The position numbers and the translations under genes were made by a program. This document shows positions 58,298-64,000 of a stretch of DNA of 64,000 nucleotides, in pieces. This DNA is from Syncephalis fuscata S228. Lineage: Eukaryota; Fungi; Zoopagomycota. The DNA is taken from the NCBI GenBank assembly GCA_025786725.1, contig JAHLTZ010000053.1, forward strand, positions 43,383 to 107,382. Reading direction: 5' to 3'. Under the pieces are notes generated by a model, which was not told where the DNA came from, did not search any database, and worked only from the letters and a program-made list of their open reading frames with translations. Numbering within the stretch: position 1 is the stretch's first letter; each line of letters opens with the position of its first letter.

Positions 58298-59282
58298 ATG
58301 CCATTTATTAACTATACTAGCCCAGACTACAATGATTGGGTGAATAGTGACATAAAACAATGGGGTGCCCGTCTTCATCCACTTGGTGAAATGAACATAT
58401 TTGATTTCTTTATGGAAGCTACTGGTGATATTGCTAATCAACGTCTTCGACTGTTTGGGATACAATCTCTGGTTCTAGTAGATGTTATAATGTTTTCTAT
58501 ATTTGTACGCAACCTTGTTATTGTTGGTAGAATGGTCATATCACGACCCCGTAACATGATCTCATGGTGCTGCTTGATTCCATCAGCCTTTGGTATTGTA
58601 AATGGCATAGTTGCTATATCTATGTACACAGATTTGCCTATTAATTGCCGGACTATGATATGGATTGTTGGATTTAGTATGTCATCTGCGATGATTTGCA
58701 ATAGTTTAATACTTCTTCAAAAGGTTTATTTAGTACTTTTTCGACAAAAATGGATACTTTATATCAGTATCCCGGTGATAATATCACAACTCGCGTTTCC
58801 GTTTCTTTTAATCTATCATAGTTTTATTAGCTTAGAAGAAAAAGAAGGCTGCACATTTTATTATCCTCCTTTCTTTCTTTGGTACTGGTTTTCAGTTAAC
58901 GCGCCGATCAACGTAGTATTCTCAGCCATCTTTTGTCGAGTCGCCCTAAAGCAGTATCGTCTATTTGGATCGGAAGCATGGAAGAAGTTGGCACGTGATG
59001 GAATACAAACAATGTTTTTGGCCACATTATGCAATATCGTTTGTTCCATTTTTATCATTTTATTTAAGAGCATAGTCAACGCTGACACTCTTTTTTTTGT
59101 AGATTAGTAAGTAATAACATTATTTATTTATTTGTAGCTTACAAATCATTAGTGTGGTCGTTACAACAATATTAATCAATCATTGCCGAGATTTTGGCAA
59201 AAGTGCTAAGTATAATCATCGCCCAAAAACCGATCATATGCTTAATCTATCTCAGATTGCTACTGCAAAGACTATGCATTGA
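58298..59282 (+). CDS. Multi-pass (7TM/GPCR-like) membrane protein of a lineage-expanded family, 2 exons
   Basis: Several hydrophobic segments, NSLILLQKVYL, WKKLARDGIQTM; intron 59107-59152. Confidence 0.75.
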
Positions 59283-60414
59283 TGCATTAATTATCTTTGT
59301 TATTTTGGATTAGCGCAATACATCAAACTACAATTAGATAACATTTTTATAAATCATTATGTGTTTATGGTGACTAGCCTTAGTAGAACGCTATACGAAT
59401 ATATTAAAACAGTATACTACAATAAACAGCATTTCAAAAGTCACTTTTGTATCATTCATATGTTATATGTCAATGTAAGTTGCTTTCAAATGTATTGTCT
59501 TGCATGTCTAGAATAACACAATTATAATTCTTGATTATTGGTTTATCAATACAACATGTTTGACCATTAACATTATAGCTATTTAATTTAATAGTGTCTA
59601 TATATATATGAGTAACATATATATTTGCAAAATGTATACACAATTCTGATGTTAGCGGTTTTCCAATGCTGATTTTAAAAATGCTATATATACAAAAAAT
59701 TAAAGTACTATTTATTTTACTAATATAATATTATAAACTGTAATGGAACGACATACTGCAGCTACTAGTGATTCTACTGCTGATATGTCTATGTCTATTC
59801 CATATGTTCCAGTAGTTATAAAATATTCTATCGTTTTCCTACAATAAGCAATGTACAATTATACCAATATTACACTATAGATCAGTATTCATATTATGAT
59901 ATTAAATCATACTTGCCATGATAAAACGTGCTAGCAAACACAAATATGATACATACCAACACCTAGTGGTATATCAAGCCAGATCACATAGTTCAACCTG
60001 CTTTATATATTGTTTTATTTAGTCATTTTAAATTAGTAATTAAACCATATTACTTGAATTTTGTTTAGCAATATATATCTACCATTGACTTGGCTAAGGA
60101 AACTACGTACAACCTTTTGTGTTATTATTAAAGAAATTTGCTTTATTTGATTTAAACCAAATAGTACGTTTACTACCTATTTCATATTATCAAACGATGT
60201 TATTGTTACAATTTTAATCATCTTACAAATTATTCTAACACATATTACACATCCAAAAAGTACTCACTATAACATTATAAGTTATCGGCGTCCATAATTA
60301 CGTGTATTTCTACCTTAGTATTAAAATATAAATGAAGCAATTTTCCATTAATTAGATAAAAAATAATGTTACACCAATATAATCACGTGACTTATAAAGT
60401 GATTTGAGCTAAAA

Positions 60415-60488
60415 TGTTTTCGCCCGGATTCGAACCGGGGACCGTCTGTGTGTTAGACAGACGTGATAACCGACTACACCACGAAAAC
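60415..60488 (-). tRNA. tRNA-Val (anticodon AAC), intronless
   Basis: GTTTTCG acceptor stem, D-arm GTGTAGTCGGTTATCAC, anticodon arm TCTGT-CTAACAC-ACAGA, T-arm CCCGG-TTCGAAT-CCGGG, followed by TTTT. Confidence 0.97.
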
Positions 60489-60629
60489 ACCACAAAATTT
60501 TATGGCAAAATTTATTATCTGTTTCAAAAGTCAAAATTGCAAAAAAAAAGAAAAATTAAAAATAGTTATATTGAATATACGACAAGCTATGTTTTATATA
60601 CGTACTCAAACATCATTTATTGGTTGCTA

Positions 60630-61465
60630 TTTACTTTGCAATTCCCCATTCAGCACAATAAATTATCTTACGCAATTCATTGTAATGAGTTGATTAAATT
60701 AAATTGTGTTTAAATCGCCATTCACAATAAATATTAACGCAATATTATTATTTATTATTATTTCCATAAGTTGATTAAATGTAACAGAAAAATTGTATTA
60801 GTAACTGCTATTTTAAACAGTTAAATAAAAAATGTAACATAATATTTAATTTGATTAAAACATTTAAGGTTGATCATTGTTGTTGCTGGTTATGTATAGA
60901 AATATTGATAGAAGCCATTGATTGCGACTCCATGTCGTTCCACAGTTGTTGTTGTTACTACGTACAGTGTGATTTCTTGCGTCTGAATGGTCTCTTCTAT
61001 TTTCCAATCTTCTACTGCCGCATTTGGGGAAATTTGCAATGTGAGATACTCGTTTATGGTGACAAAAAGGTAGGACGACTAGCGTTTCTGATGTTCACTA
61101 CTCTCTTGAACATCCTTGGTATCAACTTGGTAGGCGCAGATTATTTGCCAATTATTGATGAAGCAAATCGACCTCCACCATATGCAATAATAATAGGTTG
61201 AGTGTTTTCACTAGAAAGATATTGTGGTGACAGTTGTAACCAGAATATACGGCATGCCGTTGAGGTTACTTGAACAGATGTTGATGTAAATAAGAGAAAT
61301 AAATACTAGTGATTGAATATGTTATTTATTGATGTTTATATATACATGCTATTTATATTGTTATATTTAACATTATCACATAATATATTAATGAGTAAAA
61401 CAATAAGATAGCAATAGGAAAAGGAAATGAAATAAGTAAATAAAAATGTGAGAGTCAAAGTAAAA
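60630..61465 (-). mobile_element. Non-autonomous Fanzor-remnant TIR element, copy 2
   Basis: Minus frames QPIIIAYGGGRFASSIIGK*SAPTKLI, FVTINEYLTLQI, KCGSRRLENRRDHSDARNHTVRSNNNNCGTTWSRN, MASINI; left TIR ATGTGAGAGTCAAAGTAAAA at ~61446-61465; right end degenerate near 60630. Confidence 0.72.
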
Positions 61466-62529
61466 TGATTTGATCATATAAATATTACGCGCTCAATTCA
61501 ATATTTTGTTTTATTTTAATATATAGCTATACAACTTTTATTAATGCTCAATAAATAAAAATAATCTGTTTTTCTATTATTGCAATAATGTATAATATAA
61601 GCTGCTTACTCTAATAACTAGTTAGATTAAGCCTTGTAATAGTTGGCTTAATTGATGGTCGTGTACATGTGAGTATTTAAGAAGTTACAATGTGATTGGG
61701 AATATTTATTCATACAAACAACTAGAAGTATAAATTGTAGTGACAATGTCAAGTTATTTAACTACTAAACTTGTTAATTCAATTTTATTTATATCTCTCT
61801 GTTTTCTGTGCGTTATCTCAGTTTAACGCTGCTGCTGTTCTAGTCGCATCAGCAACAGCCAACTTTTGCTAAGTATAGTTCAACTTAGCATAGCTATAAT
61901 GTTTTGCTATAGATTAAACCAGTAAGCCTGTGAGCTTTCAATTGCTTTCCATTGGTTTCTGCTCTGACTTGTTCTTCTATATTCTATTTTGTTTGACTTG
62001 TCAGAAGTGGTTTTAAAAATGTGGACAGCACTTAGGCCTTGGATGATTACCGGTTTATATGCAATCCATAGCCATTATGCGCTCGAAATTGCTGATATTT
62101 GGGTAGAAATTTCCATTGTGTCTAGTCTAGTGTCTGCATATGGTATTGCGTGTAGTTTAGCCGATGTAGTTTAGTTTGCAACTGAAAACTGATAAAAATG
62201 ACTTGTTGGAATGTTCCGCTGTTCAAAATACTGTGATGCATTACCCTACAAATAGTACTTATTGTATAATCGATTCCAGGTGTTTTAGATTAGTTGCCAT
62301 TTGAATGCTGATAGTTGCACAATATATGTCATGATATGCCTGGATGTGATGCATTTGTGAATTCAAAACAATAATTACCCCTGTAACAATGGGCATCGTG
62401 TCGAATAAAATGCATACATGTACCAATCAACACGCTCTATAATTTAAAAGATTATGAGTGACTTATGCATGGCAGTAAAAACCTGTATAAATACCAGTTC
62501 AATACATCAAGCTTGTTTTTGTATTAATG

Positions 62530-62945
62530 TTGCGTGTTATTTTGTATGCATGCAGATATTGGAGACCGAGCCATTAAGTGGAAATGACAGTAAAGACATC
62601 ACTATCGTTTTCACAAAGCCAAACAATATACTTGTTTTCACCAAATAGCTAGGTCGTGTAACAAAAATACCGGCTAATATACCTATCTCTATTGCATATT
62701 AACTGAATTATTAGCGTTGTTACATCATTCGTGCGAATAACTGGTAGATTGAAGTAAAGTCCGAATAGATTATGCGTTATTTTGTATGGATGCAAATATT
62801 GAGGATCGAGTCATTCAGTAGAAGCAACAGGAGACATTATTACCGTTTTTACAAAGCCAAACAATATGCTTGTTTTTGCCAAATAGTTAAACCGTGTAAT
62901 AAAAAATACAGGATAAGGTGCATGTCTCTATCGCATATGTGCTGT
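62530..62945. repeat. Two diverged ~240-bp-period direct repeats upstream of micro-exon gene B
   Basis: GTTATTTTGTATG.ATGCA.ATATT...ACAAAGCCAAACAATAT.CTTGTTTT..CCAAATAG occurs at ~62536 and ~62776. Confidence 0.85.
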
Positions 62946-62986
62946 TCATTGGAATTGCCGCGTCATTTGTGTAAATGCCGAGCAGG

Positions 62987-63030
62987 TTGAAACCAAGATT
63001 GGGCATGTTGAAACCAAGACTGGGAAGCAT
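62987..63030. repeat. 21-bp tandem duplication GTTGAAACCAAGAYTGGG
   Basis: Two adjacent copies. Confidence 0.8.
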
Positions 63031-63305
63031 GCTGTCACGCCATGAATCTACTGGTACACGCGCACCTCAAAGTATTATTTGGATTGCTTTATTGGTTCAT
63101 ATTACACATCAATGGTATATCTCGTATACTGCAGCATACTAGCATCTCAACATAGCCATAAGTATAAATAGCCCACAAAATACACACAACCAACTGCGAC
63201 ATCATTATCATACTCTACTTTTTACTAAACACACTACTCTCCACTTTACACCAACCACACTCTATTATCTCTCTTATTTGTTTGTCTTAACAAATCAATA
63301 TCACC

Positions 63306-63969
63306 ATGAAGCTTTCTATTGCCGTCGTTTGCACCATTGTCGTTGCGCTTGTGGCCGTTACAACCATGGTGGATGCTAAACCAGCTTTAGTTCGTCGTGG
63401 TATGTTGCAATAACAATAAATATAACAGCATTTGTTTATTAACAGTATTTCTAAATAATAATTACAATAGATCGTAAGTTATATTGTATGTTAACTATTT
63501 ACCCACTACTTATATACCATGTACTGTGTTTATAAACAACTAAATATCAATAGCTAGTAGGTTGCATTATATATTAATAGAACATACACTAATTATGTGT
63601 TATATTCTGTATCTATCAACAACTTAATATTAGTTCAATGCAAGTTGTATTGTATATTAATTTATTACTCACTAATTGCATGTTATGCGCCATGTGTACC
63701 AACAACGTAATACTAATAGGCGGTAAGTAATATTGTATATTGATGGCTTATAAATTAATTATATACCATGTATTGTGTATATCAACAATTTAATATTAAT
63801 AGCTGGTAAGTCGTACTGTATATTAACTTACTATGCGCTAATTGTATACTATGCACCGTGTATATCAATAACAATACTAATAGCATGTAAGTTGTATTGT
63901 ATATTAGTTGAGCATTATTTAACTATATATTGTGTATTATATGTATCAATAACTTGATAATAATAGGCG
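63306..63969 (+). CDS. Micro-exon gene B (5' part; continues beyond window): secreted Cys-rich peptide precursor MKLSIAVVCTIVVALVAVTTMVDAKPALVRR-DPIQCAAC...
   Basis: Exon 1 63306-63399 (CACC-ATG, signal peptide, RR, phase-1 GTATGT donor); micro-exons 63471-73 ATC, 63554-56 CTA, 63634-39 TTCAAT (GC donor), 63720-22 GCG, 63803-05 CTG, 63884-86 CAT, 63967-69 GCG. Confidence 0.82.
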
Positions 63970-64000
63970 GTAAGTAGCAATATATATTGCTGACTTATAA

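Noticed and set aside
60414-60713. 99-aa ORF MFSPGFEPGT...
   Set aside because: Antisense reading of tRNA-Val.

Overview
AT-rich, intron-dense eukaryotic DNA from an early-diverging fungus. Zoopagomycota (possibly a Syncephalis-like mycoparasite) is inferred from gene families and a retained U12 intron, not proven. About 22 conventional genes are present (IDH2, ARP6, STRAP, TACO1/YebC, YY1-like ZnF, AIP1, UBE2Z-like, BI-1 family, DOA4-like, PEN-2, HAD phosphatase, Rua1/DUF4451, S8 subtilisin and others) plus tRNA-Val(AAC). Main discovery: the ~80-bp 'satellites' at both window ends are arrays of homologous spliceosomal introns, each separated by a 3-nt exon (AATAG|NNN|GTAAGT). They form genes with one phase-1 intron inside nearly every codon. 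Spliced, they give a signal peptide + RR followed by DPIQCAAC... (63306 onward) and ...xGLDWGKCRNGSCRTIC* (46-1398), i.e. secreted Cys-rich peptides built from single-codon-sized micro-exons. Second: three decayed, TIR-bounded non-autonomous elements (~2896-3668, 32230-32725, ~60630-61465) keep the C-terminus of a Fanzor/TnpB nuclease ORF plus the 3' tail where the omegaRNA is expected. Also seen: an AT-AC minor intron in AIP1, three GC-AG introns in TACO1, a ~1.5-kb near-perfect palindrome, a pseudokinase, and many 1-nt frameshifts that are probably assembly errors.
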